DNA of 63,025 bases, filler included, from Reticulomyxa filosa (GCA_000512085.1; 26 parts of 26 records of this genome joined end to end with filler, not necessarily neighbours in it), one strand, 5' to 3'. Numbered from the whole stretch's first letter, positions 49,345 through 62,931 are shown. Translations and numbers: made by a program. Notes: generated from the letters alone by a model not told the origin.

Positions 49345-51731
49345 TGATATTTGTGACATATATGATGCACTCTTTCCAAATGCTGAAAAGAGCGTCGAAC
49401 TTGATATTGATATCATTATCATTGAAAAGATTGTTTGACATGACACAAACACAAAACTGTCACAGGGCTTTTGCAGAAAACTCAAGTACAGAAAGAGGGT
49501 ATTTTTGATCACTGATGCGAGTACAAAAATTAAAGACGCTGACCAGGTCTTTGCTTATTTGTTTGTTTTTTTCTTTCCCTCTCCCCCCTCTCTCCTCCTC
49601 CCCTCCTCAATATAAACAAGTGTGTATGAAACACGGAGGGAATATATGTGATCGCAACCAATCAAACAACAGAGAAGGGGGGGGGGTTTGCAAACTTGCA
49701 ATAAATGACAGCTTTCCGTAATCTCCGCGTCGTTTGTGGACCAGAATATTGAGTTTGTTTGCATTGGCATCGGCTTTGGCGAAGTTACAAAAAAAAAAAA
49801 AAAAAAAGAGCCTGAAAGGTCGTTACATTTGAGTGAACCAACCGCAACATAACAAATATACGTTGTACATGTATAATATACATATACATATACATATACA
49901 TATATGTGTATATGTAGGAGGCAAGCGACGATGAAAATGAAAATGAAGATCAAAATAATGCAGGAATAGTTAAGTCGCTCCCCATGAATATACATATATA
50001 AATATATATATATGTATATATTTATATATGTATAGATACAAATAAATGTGTATTAAACTGTGTGAGAAACATTAAAAAAAAAAAAAAAAAAAAGAAAATA
50101 GTCGGTGGAGATCCGACGAGAAGCGGTGAGGCAATAGAGAATGAGCGCATTTGCGAATCTTTGCGCGGCAGACGAATGAGGGGAATGTGTTCAGCGCGAC
50201 GTCGGCGTTGAAGATGATGAGCGAGATGCGGAGCCGGTCGGTGTTGAACCGCGCGACGTATACGGGAGACTTTGAAGTGGGCAGTCGAATGCGAGTGCAG
50301 GTGCAACTATTCACACGATGTCGCGAGCAGTTGCTCCCATCGTTGAAAAAAGAAAGCACGCTGGGTACCGACACAAAAGCAGTTATCACTGACCGTGTGT
50401 ACAAAAATAAGTTTAGCGATTATGCTAATGGCGATGCCAATGCTAATGCCAATGTCAATGTCAATGTCAATGCCAATGCCAATGCCGACAGCAATGACAA
50501 TAAAGGCCTCCCTGAAGACGAACGCATTCCCTCATACTTGTACGGGAAACAACGCATTCCATTCACGCAAGAGGACAAGAATCGCCTCGATTATGCCAGC
50601 GGAGAAAAGCATTTTCAGCTGCTCGCGTTCACTGACAAAAAGTTGATCCCTCGGAGTCACTTTATGGGACCTGTGATGGTGTGCGTGGCCCAAGCGGGGA
50701 ACCAGGGGTCGGCCATGACTCTGTCTACATTCATCCATGGGTGCTTTGAAAAAAATCGAGTTGCTATTGCTCGCTTAGTCAGTCGCAAAAATGCGGCGCC
50801 CAAATTAGTCGTGCTCGAACCTCGCATTAAGGCCAGCGGCGAATGCTTCGTTGTCAATGAACTCCCTTTCTATGAAGATATTCGCAATTATCCCTTTGCG
50901 AGCTTCGCTTTTAACAAAAAATTTCAGCCTACTGCCCAACAAATTGAGGCTGCCAAAAATTTGGTCAATTCTTTGAATTTGATGGAAGTTTAATTTTTCT
51001 CTCTTTTTTTTTTTGTCATATCAATTTTTATTATTATCATTATTATTATTATATCATGTGGCTGTAGGAAGATGACAATGAAGGCGAGAAAGAACTGTTG
51101 CGACCGCAAGAAATGTTCAATCCAGTTTTTTTTTGTTGGGAGGGAGAAAAAAAAAATGTTGAACGAGGAAACGGGACGCACCCTCAAAAAAAAAAAAAAA
51201 CTATCATTTTTTTTTTAAATAGATATTGCAAAGGTTTTATGAAAATTTGCAATGTCGAGCATTGGACCCCAATGCTCCAATTCAACCGTTGTCACCAACA
51301 ATAATCAAGTATTTGGAACCTCCAGAAGAGGTGTTTCGCAAAGCTGAACCTGCGTTGAAAGAATTTGCTGAGAAATTTCCTGTCACTGTGATACGTTGCG
51401 TCATTTCGTGTGCAACTTTTTGTTTTTGTTGGAAGTAGAGTAGCACAGGTGATATAAAAAACTGTATGTTTGTCTGTGAACAGCAAAAAAAGAAGCCAAG
51501 AAAGAACGAAAGCACTGGAGCGAGCTCAATGACGAAATCAACGATTTATTGCAAGGACTGAGCCTGAAAAAAGAAGAGGTAAAGGTAAAAGAAGAAATTG
51601 ACGAAGACATGAACATACATTTCAATCAAATGTTAGAAATCAATGCAATTACCAAAATTGGCACCAAAAGTCCAATTCACGACTTCGATCAATTACTCAA
51701 AAAAAGATCTTCTCCTGATCATTTCCAAAAA
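49345..51731 (+). CDS. KU80: Ku80 (XRCC5), internal exons
   Basis: KRVFLITDA (vWA domain), YLYGKQRIP, AIARLV.RKNA.PKL.VL.P, LPFYEDIR.Y.F.S, NP.LQRFY..L..RAL.P, KIGT.SP..DF..LL. Confidence 0.93.
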
Positions 51732-51867
51732 GTTGATAATTTTCTGTCTCTCTCTTGATTTGCTTTGNNNNNNNNNNNNNNNNNNNNNNNNNNNNNNNNN
51801 NNNNNNNNNNNTTAATTAATTAANNNNNNNNNNNNNNNNNNNNNNNNNNNNNNNNNNNNNNNNNNNN

Positions 51868-53087
51868 ACGAATTGTGTTATCCAATGATCCAGAACATAT
51901 CACATTTGAACTACAACCAATTTCGATAGTATTTACAAGTGGTGAATATTCAACATCATACACATAACTCGTGTGTCCGTTGAATATTTGACTTTGTTGA
52001 CCAGATCGAATATCCCACAAACGAACGCTTTCATCAAATGATCCAGATAGTATTGTATTTGTACCACCACTAATTCCCAATTCATTTGATCCATATTTTA
52101 CACGACTCACAACATGCCCATGTCCATTGAATATAATGGACTGTTTAGTTGTTTCAATATCCCATATACGAATGGTTCTGTCCCATGATCCAGAACAAAT
52201 AGTATATCCATTACCACCAATCAAACCGATATTATTGCTTTTATTACTGTTATCATTATTGTTATGTGAGAAATCTACACACCAAACACCATTTTCATGT
52301 CCACTGAAATTATGCAATATTTCGGATGTTTCAATATCCCATAAACGAATAATTTTGCAATGTAATCCAGAGCATAAATATCGACCGCTATTAAATGATG
52401 AGAATTCAATTCCGTATACATACGTTGTGTATCCGTTGAGTAATTGCAATTGCCGATTATGTTTGATATCCCAAAAACGAATAGTTCCATCATCTGATGA
52501 AGAACAAATGACATTACAATGATGCTTAAGATAATGATATGGTGAAAATTTCACACAATTTACTCTATCTAAATGTTCATGGAATAAATGAATTTGTTTA
52601 TTGGTCTCTACATCCCATACACAAACTGTACAATCATATGATCCAGAACAAAGGAATTGACGATCATCGATTGTGAAATAATCAATGCCACATACACAAC
52701 AAGTGTGTCCAGAGAATATTTTAAGTAATTTGGACATTGAGCGGAATGTGTCAAGCATAAAGATATTCTTTGACTATGTTAAATATTGATTATAATAATA
52801 ATAAATATATATTTGTACATTTTAATTGTCATGGAATGACAAGTGAAAAAAATAAACATAACATAATTGATAACAAGCACGTTTAAATCATTAATCCATC
52901 CGAATTTTATGTGAAATATTCGAATCCAATATTGAATAATCATTTGGATATCTTCTTCTGACTAAAATTTGATCATATATCACATGCAAAAACACAAAAG
53001 CTAAAGATAATTAGCATTCTTAAAGATTGAACTGAAGCTTACCAATGCCAATTGCGTTGAATTTTGTCCATTATTGAGAGTGGTCAT
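51868..53087 (-). CDS. WD40 family gene, 5' part, intact frame
   Basis: Exons 53087-53043 (MTTLNNGQNSTQLAL), 52961-52863 (module exon) and a long WD40 exon with SNNIGLIGGNGYTICSGS. Confidence 0.9.
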
Positions 53088-53507
53088 CCTTTCAACTATT
53101 TTTTTTGTTTCGGTGGTGTAAGAAAATGTTTTGAACTTTTTTATTGGAGGATGTTAAAAAAACTTTGAAAAATAAAGTTAAAGAACATCGTAGTTATTTA
53201 AAAAAAAGAAAAACAATTTGTTTGAAATTGAGTTGATACGTAAATTACAAGTTAATTTCTTATTCCCAAAGAATTTTACATAAACTATTCGTTTGTTTGA
53301 AATTTAAATTTGTAAACTCGATAGTAGATTGTCTCTTTTTTTTNNNNNNNNNNNNNNNNNNNNNNNNNNNNNNNNNNNNNNNNNNNNTTAATTAATTAAN
53401 NNNNNNNNNNNNNNNNNNNNNNNNNNNNNNNNNNNNNNNNNNNAAAAAAAAAAAAAAACGGAACGTTCGATTTTTTTTCCTTTTTATAAAAAAGGAATGC
53501 ACTCAAC

Positions 53508-53696
53508 TCCAACGTCGTAGACCGTAAATTCTAAGCCACTTATTGTCAATGCTTCAACGTTAAAACCAACCGTTGGGACGGTGGTCTGAAGAGTTCCGTT
53601 TTTTAGTCTGTACAAAATTGTCGACTTCCCTGCTGCGTCGAGGCCCAATACCAGTATCCTTGTGTCTTGCCTTTCGCCTCCGCAACATGCACCCAT
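53508..53696 (-). CDS. Arf/Arl family small GTPase, first exon
   Basis: MGACCGG..RILVLGLDAAGKSTILY.LK......TVPTVGFNVE......L.FTVYDVG followed by a GT donor. Confidence 0.9.
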
Positions 53697-54569
53697 TCTG
53701 CTTTCTCTTTGCTAGGAAATCAATTTGGAAAAAGAAAAAATGATTATATATTTTGGAAACAAATCAAAAATAATAAATCCAATTGTGGCTTGCTTTACTT
53801 GGATATTTGTTTTTTTTTTTGCTAAGCACGGGGAATTACTAGTACGACTGCCAAAATAAAAAAAAACAAATTAACAACCGGCTAATGCTTATTTCACGTT
53901 TTGTTTTGTGTTTAATTAGTTGTGATGGCATACATATTCTCACTTTTATAAATTTTATGATTGGTGTTGACTCCAAACTTACTTTGAAGGATGCAGAGTG
54001 GCTTGTTGTGTAATTTGTTAAAAAAAAAAACTGGAGTGGAATCTATTTATCAAAATAAATAAGTGAGATATTTTTTGCACAAATGCAATTCCATTACCCC
54101 ATAGTAAAAATTTCGAGTTTATAATGCAACACAGTTGCATTGGATGAGCCACACAAAAAGCATAGCCCAAAAAAAAAAAGAAACAATTTTTTTTTTAAAT
54201 CGACACAGTACTGTTGGTACAGTTTTTTTTTTACCGACAAAAGCTAAAAGGAAGGCAGCATAAGCAAACTCCCAACAGTTTTACAAAAACAGAAACAAAA
54301 GAGACTTTTTGTGTGTTAAAAATGGATCAAGACATATAGATTGTTGGTTTTTTTTTTTTTTTAAAAATATATATGTACATATATATATCAAAGAAGCAGT
54401 CAAGCCCATTATCATAAATTTCCTTGCTCTCGAAGTCGCATTGCCAGTAATTACATGTGTGACTCTAATGTACAAAGCTAATAACCCGCGCATAATGTTC
54501 CGTAACAAAAAAAAAAAAAAAAGTAAGTTTGTAAAGAGAGTACTTTTTTTTTTAAAAATTGATTAAATT

Positions 54570-55171
54570 GGAGTCATGGACGGAGGCTTAGGGGCCAATA
54601 TATCCGGACGAGTAGTGAGAGTGGGCGAAGGGAAAGATTGTAAACCAGGACTGTTGGTGACAACTTTGGAAGAGAGATAAAAACGGAGTGAGTCTTCCAG
54701 CCCCAAGTGCTGACAGCACCAGCCGTACACATGGTGCGAAAATCGAAACTGCAAGTACAAACACCAGCAATTGACACAGACATCCACATTGACCATGAAA
54801 ATGGAAAACCATCCCACATAAAAATTGTCATCACTATCGCTGTTGGCGGAACGGAAGATGACCCGAATGAACTGGAAGATGCCGCTGATGCAAGACGAAA
54901 GCAATGCGAGGATCGCCAACACACAGTACTTGGTCATCACGTCAATCAATCGCAGCTGCTCTTGGCTGAGCATATCCATCGCCGACTCCCTTTTGCTACT
55001 TTTGCTGCTCGACATGGAACTCACTCCCGCCTCCGCGCGTCGAAATATCTTGCCCGCTTTTTTCGTGGCTAATATAAACAGACGCTTCACAAATAAATAC
55101 AACAACACCATCAATGAACTAACATAATTGAATACTAATATCCCATAAATTATTCCTGATTTTGAATTGCC
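54570..55171 (-). CDS. 7TM/GPCR-like membrane protein, C-terminal helices
   Basis: Three hydrophobic helices with a basic/Ser-rich loop between the first two. VDVCVN.WCLYLQF.F...Y..CC resembles TM7, helix 8 and palmitoylated Cys. Ser/Thr/Pro-rich tail. Confidence 0.55.
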
Positions 55172-55345
55172 TATTCAATCCCAAATATACATAAATAAAT
55201 ATAAATATATACATATACATATATGTATATGTATATATACGTATANNNNNNNNNNNNNNNNNNNNNNNNNNNNNNNNNNNNNNNNNNNNTTAATTAATTA
55301 ANNNNNNNNNNNNNNNNNNNNNNNNNNNNNNNNNNNNNNNNNNNN

Positions 55346-56971
55346 CTTCTTCTTCTTCTTCTTCTTCCTCTGTTGCTGCTGCTTTGAGTGCCTCTTTAGT
55401 AGCTCCAGAAGTGAAAGAACGCAATCCAATGCAAACCAGTCTCCAAACTAAACCCCAAACCAAAACCCAATCTGCAACATTGAAACCAAAGAGCCAATTG
55501 GATGGGTATTTCATGAACAACAAAAAAAAAACGCAAAACAAAATTACGGAAAATTGGTTGGCTTTTTTGCAAAAGATAAAAAAGCCACCGTCAAACCTGT
55601 TAATTCTGTTCAACCATCTACGTCGATACCCACAGCTGTAACTGCAACTGCAACTAGATCTGCAACGGTAGGCACTGCTGCTTCTGTCATCGCCACATCT
55701 GCAGTCGCACCCACAACCACTGTCTCATATCTGCCTGCCGCCGCATCTGTCACGAATACATCCGTTTCAACTGCAACTGCAGCTACCACAGTAGCTTCTC
55801 CTTCTCCATCTCTTCCACACGTGGCACCTGTGCAAGATATCGTTTTGGATGAAGAACTCGCAAAAGTTATGTGACACAATTATATATATATACCATATAC
55901 CATATACCATATTTTTATTTTTTATTATGTTGCATGTAACATGCATGTGCGATGTTAAACAAAAAAAAAAAAAAAAAAAAGCGTGCGGTGTTGGGAGAAA
56001 TGGGAGTTCATTTGCCACGACCGAAAATAAAAGTAAGACTATTATTTTTGGACGTTGATGGAGTCCTGAATTATGAAAGATTTATTTCCGAAGGCAACAA
56101 AGACCAGCTTTCATTGCCACATTTGAAAAGGGTGCGTCGCATCATCGACTACACAGATTGTCGCATTGTACTATCCACCAGTTGGCGATTGATTCCTCAA
56201 GCGAAAGCAAAGTTGATGGAACAACTGGGCAGAGTGGATATCGATGTCAAAAAATATATCATTGGAGAGACGCCATCGTTACAATATGTTGCCCGATATC
56301 ATGAAATTGACATGTATTTAAAGAATGATAACGTATGCGCCATCTATGATGTCATTTCATGGGTAGCTGTGGATGATCTACCATTGAATAGGAGCGCCGA
56401 AGGCCAGGCCATTATGAACGGACACTTTGTTCGAACAAGTTTTACGACGGGTATGACAGAGGACGACATGAAGGAGGTCATTGCCTTGTTGCTTCACAAA
56501 CAAGTAAAGGATATCAATTGGAATGCCATTGTACCACAAAAACCCATTCCTTCAAAAAGTGTTAAACCTGCAATCGAAGAAAAGAAAATGGACGCCAAAA
56601 GCTCCATTCCAACTGGCTCCACATCTCGTCCTCCGAAAAATAATCTCGCTGTTGGAGAATTTGTCGTTGAAAGAAAGGTCTCTGAAATTCCTGGGAAACA
56701 ACATAGCACTTTCCAACCAAAACAACCTGTTGGGAACAACAATCAGATTGCTAGAAAACCGATAAGCGAATTCCGGAAAAAATTGAAAGAAAAACAAAAT
56801 GACACACTCAACGTCACTCAACCCATTGATGATACTGATCAACTTGTAACCAATTATAATAAAAGAACCGAAACTGAAATTTCGGAAATGAATTCAAAAC
56901 AAATGCAAGAGTACGGCTTTCGATCCGAAATCTTGATGGATAGCCAGATCTTAATGGACGATGCGCAATAA
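55346..56971 (+). CDS. Protein with HAD phosphatase domain of the Swiss-Army-knife RNA-repair type (HAD_SAK_2-like)
   Basis: Intron 55866-55981 joins DEELAK|RAVLG. Motifs LFLDVDGVLN, IVLSTSWR, IGETP, R..EI..YL, WVAVDD, FVRT....GMT. Low-complexity flanks. Confidence 0.85.
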
Positions 56972-58997
56972 ATCATTTACAAACAAATGCCTTATCAATT
57001 TTTATTTTTCTATTTGATTTTGCGTGTGTGTAAGAATGTTTTTAATGGGTCCAACAGTCTTTTGGTTGTTTTTGTTGCCAACATTAATCGAAAGCAATAC
57101 CCTATACAATTCTTTTTGATTCTTCTCTTTTTTCTACTAACTCAGAAATCTTTTTTTGTTGTTATTTCATTTTCCACAATCAACACAAAAACACACATTT
57201 GCGCAATAGACGTCAAAGTCTCTGAACAGAAAACAAACAATACGGGCTATTGTTCTTTTGAAAAGTGCAATACTGTTCGAGAAAATTGCACTTCTTTAGT
57301 CTCTTGAAGACTGTCTCATGTTGTGGTTAGGACAAAAACACAAACACTGCGCTCTTTTGCTGGATTTGTTGAGTCCACTTTGCCTGTCTGCTTTGAAAAG
57401 AACTCATGTAATTTTTTTTAGAAAGAAATTTGTAAATCCGATCTTCATTTGGCAANNNNNNNNNNNNNNNNNNNNNNNNNNNNNNNNNNNNNNNNNNNNT
57501 TAATTAATTAANNNNNNNNNNNNNNNNNNNNNNNNNNNNNNNNNNNNNNNNNNNNATTGTCAATCTTTGGACTTTCTTATTCATAAATTTTTGTTGATTA
57601 TCTCTTTCATTTTCTTCATTAGTACAATTACAATTAAGTTCATCTGGAATTACTTGTTTTGCAGTTACGTCAAAAGAAAAAAGTAACTCAGCCAAGATTT
57701 TTCGCTAAGGGAAGACAAAGGCATTAAATTAAATGTGACAATTGAACTTATACTCTTTTGAACTTGTTGATAAATCAAAGACATAATAGATCAAAAAAAT
57801 AAAAAATGAAACTAACCCCCTTTGGGTTCCTTTCATCTGAGATAATTTTAATTTGTTTGAAGAAAGAGAAAACAATCAATACATAAAAAGATAAAAAAAA
57901 AACTAACATTCTGTAGAAAAAGTGAAGTTAAAATAAGATAACCGAAAAGACATTCAAAAAGGGAGCAGTTCCATTTTTCTAACTTTGTTGATACTAAAAA
58001 AATCTGTTGAGCTTATTTAAACAGACTAAAAAAAATTATTATTCTCGTAATAAACAAGTGCTACTTTACCGTTAATTATTTTTTTATTTCTCTTGAGGAC
58101 GCCTCGCAAAGGGGTTTTACACTCTTTATTCGACTCATCTTTCAGTGTCAAATATTTTAATACATTCAGTTTCACTATCATTGCACGATATTGCTGAGAG
58201 TATTTCTTTGATGACTTGTCTGTATGCACTTGCAAACATGTTACAGAAATAAGTAGGAAATTATCTATTATTGTACCAAAGAAACAGTATTATATCAGTA
58301 AAATAACAATACCTTATGTTTATTGAAGCAAAAGCTAATAGATTTGTTTTATTGATGACTATTAATAGGCTTGAAATTCGATAAATAGACAAGTCATCAT
58401 GTGATGTAAAGTTTTGGTGCTTTAACTAATGAAACAAAAAATACTGAAGCATAGGGATCATTTTGTTTAATGCACTTTCTTATTCTCAAAAACATTTATT
58501 TATATGATATAATGAAATTTTTGTTGTAATGCAGAATGCTTTGATAATCGTATAGCAGTATCTTCCAAAAAATAACAAATGATATGTCACATTTTGCACT
58601 ATTTATTATAAATTTTTCAAAGAGTAGTCGTAATGTCATTATCTGAAAAAAGGACAAAAAGCACTCGAAACATAATTATCATTTTTTGCAAAGGAAAACA
58701 AGAGGTTTTCTGTTTGGAAAACTTGTGCTCCATTTGAATTCAGTTGATAGTGTATGGCTCCAAAGAAGTTGCATATCAACTCTTTTTTATGTGTTCAGCT
58801 TGGTTCGTTGAAATAATCATAATCATTTATTAACATGANNNNNNNNNNNNNNNNNNNNNNNNNNNNNNNNNNNNNNNNNNNNTTAATTAATTAANNNNNN
58901 NNNNNNNNNNNNNNNNNNNNNNNNNNNNNNNNNNNNNNTGTTATTTTTTTTTTTTTTTTTTTTTAAATGAAATAACTTTTTTTTAAAAGGTAGTTAA

Positions 58998-59872
58998 CTT
59001 TAGGAATAGTGTCAAATATTTCCTCTTCCCACAAGGCAACACTGATTTTGGAATCATCATTGAATAGCATTTCAATCTCAGAGATAAACTCCCACCACTC
59101 TTTTTGGTTGTTTTCATCGCGGAAGAAATTCTTCAGTGCGGCGTGTTTGCTCTTCGCGTCGTCGGCTGCTTCTGGGGTTTTTTCCGATTCGGGAGACACG
59201 TCGTCACGACTCATAGAAGGGCTGATGGCTGATTCTTGCAATGGCTTCTGTTTAGTCAACGGCGACATCAGCTTCGACGAGGACGCAAATGACAGAGTTG
59301 TTTTTGATGACTCTGCAAATTTCTTTGCATTGTCATTTAGGCTTGGATTGCTCAATTCTTTTAAAGTCGATGCGACTTCGTACAATTCTTTTACGTTGAT
59401 ATACTTCCCTCCCGCCCCCATCACAAAAAAAAAAATAAAATATATATATATATATGTATACATATATATATATTTACACATATACAAATATATTTGGATG
59501 AATGAACTTGGTTTGAAAGATCACACAAATACAAAAAAGCTAAACTGCAGAGTCAATGGATTGTTTGACATACTCGGTCAAAAACGTGGCGAAATCACAG
59601 TAGGCATAGCGTGGATTACCGGCCATGGCGTCATCGGACACACAAGTCTCGATGTAAAGTATGATGACTTCGGCAACGACGTATGGATTGACGGAATCGT
59701 GCATACGCTTCAACCACCCTTCCATGATCTTTTTGCTGCGAGTAAGTGGTATTTGTCCTATTGCGACATTCATTTCGTCCAACAAACTCTTGTTTTCCAA
59801 CAAGTGTCGAATGATCCATGACAGGTGTTTCATATTCGTCAAGACATCGGGAAAGAATAAGCATAGCTTTCT
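58998..59872 (-). CDS. Hypothetical protein, internal exons
   Basis: Two coding-like exons (about 59545-59872 and 58998-59410) separated by a TA-microsatellite intron; no confident domain. Confidence 0.55.
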
Positions 59873-61469
59873 GTAAACATATATTCACAAACCTATTATA
59901 ATATAGTTTGTCGTTTTTTCCTTTTCCTCTTCCTCTTCCTCTTATTATCCGTGTCTCACACTCAATCTATCAAAAACAAAAACAAAACTCTAAATGATCC
60001 AAATTAAGATCCATGNNNNNNNNNNNNNNNNNNNNNNNNNNNNNNNNNNNNNNNNNNNNTTAATTAATTAANNNNNNNNNNNNNNNNNNNNNNNNNNNNN
60101 NNNNNNNNNNNNNNNAAAAGTGTAATGCATGTGCTTTTTTGGGAGAGGCCGGTACATATAATTAAAAATTGAGTTTATAATATTTGATGTGGAAAATATT
60201 ATTGCCGAAGTCAAGTTGATTTTGTTGATATATTTTTTTATTTATGAATTTTTGTAATTAGAAACAATTAAACATAATAAATAATGATCTTATGTTCAAT
60301 AATTCTTTTTTTGGAATTTTTATAAAAATCTTTAATTTTTAAAGTCAGTTTGTGTCAAAAAGATTTTTTGTGCCAGAATAATAACACGATAAAGTCCTTT
60401 CTTGAAGTTGTTCATTTGACAATAAATTTATATAAAAATTTACATTAAAAAACATTGTTAAAGTTGTGGCAGAACATTATGACAGTCTAAAAGTTTGTGA
60501 TGAATGAAAGTAAATACGTTGAATTTCAAACATATCTTTTCATGAAAATGTATTGGTTTTTATGTTAAAGAAAATTAGATTTAGATAATACATAGAGAAA
60601 TTAATAAAAATGCATTCAAATTAAATTTTAAATTTCTGACATATACACTCATTGTAGTGACACATGAATCATAACTGACTCCAGAGTTGTAATAATTCAA
60701 CTCTTTATCCTTTTCTTTTATTTAAATTCACTTTCACTTTTATCTAACACAATCCCTAGAAAACTATCTTTCTTGAGTCTCTACACCATTTATAGCAACG
60801 TGCCAATCTTAATTTTTCAACAATGTCAAAAGTTTTCTATGTTCCTTTGAAAGATATCGAAAAAAAAAAAGTTTGTATTTGAAAAGTTTGTAACTTCATA
60901 AAAAGCAAGAAAATCGTGCAAAGCTTCAATTGAGACTTGTATCTCTTCTAGAGTTTAAGAAAAACACGTTTCTTTATTTGGCAATTTCGCCTTTCACTTT
61001 TGTTTTAGATCAATCAAATGATATCAAAGGAGTGAATTTTGAAATCTGTTCTATATTAAAATTTCTTTCTTGTAAGCAAATAACAAAATCAAATATAAAA
61101 AAAAATCAACTTTCTTACATTGAAAGTATTACCTAATGCAACAGTCAGAGTCGCATATCTAAATGCAAACATTAGTTTCGAGATTCAGAAACAGTAAATT
61201 CTTCGACTGCGTGGGCAGGCAGACAACATAAAAAAAAAAGCGATAAAAGAATCGAGAAGGCAATTTTTGCCAAATAATATGCTTAAAATTTATTTGAGCA
61301 AAAGAGGAAGCCGTTGCAATGTGCTTCCTAATAACAAAAAAAAAAAANNNNNNNNNNNNNNNNNNNNNNNNNNNNNNNNNNNNNNNNNNNNTTAATTAAT
61401 TAANNNNNNNNNNNNNNNNNNNNNNNNNNNNNNNNNNNNNNNNNNNNAAAAAAAAAAAAATTGTAAAAG

Positions 61470-62931
61470 AGATGATGTTGGACGGTATCTACACGGACAA
61501 ATAATGGAAAAAGAAGGAAGTGTAGTGAAGGTGCATTATCAAGGGTGGGGTAAGAAATGGGATTGCAGCAGCGATTACAAAAAGAGCTTGCGCGCTTTGC
61601 AAAAGCGCAAAGCATATCGAGACGGCCAGGACACCGCTTGAAGCACTTGCAAAAAGGGGATTTGGTGGACATTTGTCCGAAGATTGGCAACGCCGAGGGC
61701 CATTGGTATCCAGGCGAAATCCATAAAAAAGACAAAAAGTCAGGCCAAGTGCAAGTAGTGTACGAGGCCGATAACAAAAACTGTCTCACGTGGGTGCACG
61801 TGGATGACATACATGCCATTGCCGAATTTGCCTCCAAATCGAGTCTGCTGCAAACATGCCAAATCTCGGTGGAGCAGTATATCCAAGGCAAGCATTCCAA
61901 AGTCGACACGCTCGCTTCCGAAGGCAAGCATGACCCTCATGGCTTCCCTTGTTTGGCCAAAGAGGAGGCACTCTGTTTAAATGTTGATGACCTTGTTGAC
62001 TTCAGGTTGTTTTTTTTTTTTGGAGGGGGGGGAATAATATTGTGATTAAAAAAAAAAAACCTCCCTCCATCTTTTATGTATAAACTTTGGAGTCATATTT
62101 TTACAACAAAAAAAATAAAAATAAAAATGGATGGCCAGAGACAGCAGTGGGAAATACTACTTGTCAAAAGTGATATCAAAAAATGGCTCCATATTGCAGG
62201 TGCGGATGGAGGGATGGGGCGACGATTGGGACAAAACGGTGAATGCGAAGACCGAGTTTGTGCGACTGGCCAAGGCGCGCAGCATTTCCAGGAAAGTGGA
62301 GGACAGCTCGCGCAAATGGGGGGTCGGCGACTACGTAGACCTGTTCCCGAGTCTGAAGCATGGCCAATGGGTGGTCGCGGAAATCGTTGCAAAAGATGCA
62401 CAGTCGGGACAGGTGCAGCTGAGCTTTGAAAAAAATTCGGAGTCATGTTGGTATTGGAGCCACTTGGACAATATTGAAGAGCTTGCTGCATTTGGCACTC
62501 ACACTTCTTCTTCGGCTTTGCCAAAGATGGAGCCTTCTTCATCCGATAAGAGTGAACATAAGTTTGAACAAATCAGTCAAGGCTTAAAAAGCATTGGATT
62601 GCCTGGCACGTGCTTGGATGTCTTTGTGCAACACGATATTCATGACGACTTGTTGCTGCGGATTACGGAAAAACATTTGATGGAAATAACGGAGTTGACT
62701 GAGGAACAACGAATCAAAATCTTGATGTGGCTCTATCAATACCAGTGCAAGTATCGACGGCCCAATTGCTGTGTCCATTGCTTGGTCAATCCGGCTGATG
62801 TCATCTTTGTCCCTTGCGGACATATCCCCTTGTGCTTGATATGTCTTGCCAAACTACGCAATGCCGACTCCTGTGTCAGCTGCTCTGCCAAATTCACTTC
62901 TATTATTAAGCTTCATCACAAAGAACAGTAG
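61470..62931 (+). CDS. Tandem Tudor/MBT/Agenet-like barrels + SAM + C3HC4 RING (probable E3 ligase), 3' part
   Basis: Duplicated unit V(H/R)..GW...WD......(E)..R.AKA.SISR......GD.VD..P....G.W...EI..KD..SGQVQ....W.H.D.I...A.F. SAM-like LKSIGL....DVF..HDI...LL..ITE..L.EI. RING CVHC...ADVIFVPCGHIPLCLIC......CVSC. Confidence 0.8.

Noticed and set aside
53820-53845. GCACGGGGAATTACTAGT, like a Helitron end
   Set aside because: The left arm of the hairpin is missing.
59009-59821. 270-aa plus-strand ORF
   Set aside because: Antisense to two coding exons and reads through a TA-microsatellite intron.
57556-61347. Contigs 57556-58838 and 60116-61347 (also 37856-39249)
   Set aside because: AT-rich, with no recognisable gene, RNA or repeat that I can support.
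3188-61447. Regularly recurring TTAATTAATTAA flanked by Ns, superficially array-like
   Set aside because: Artificial linker with six-frame stops; not CRISPR and not biological.
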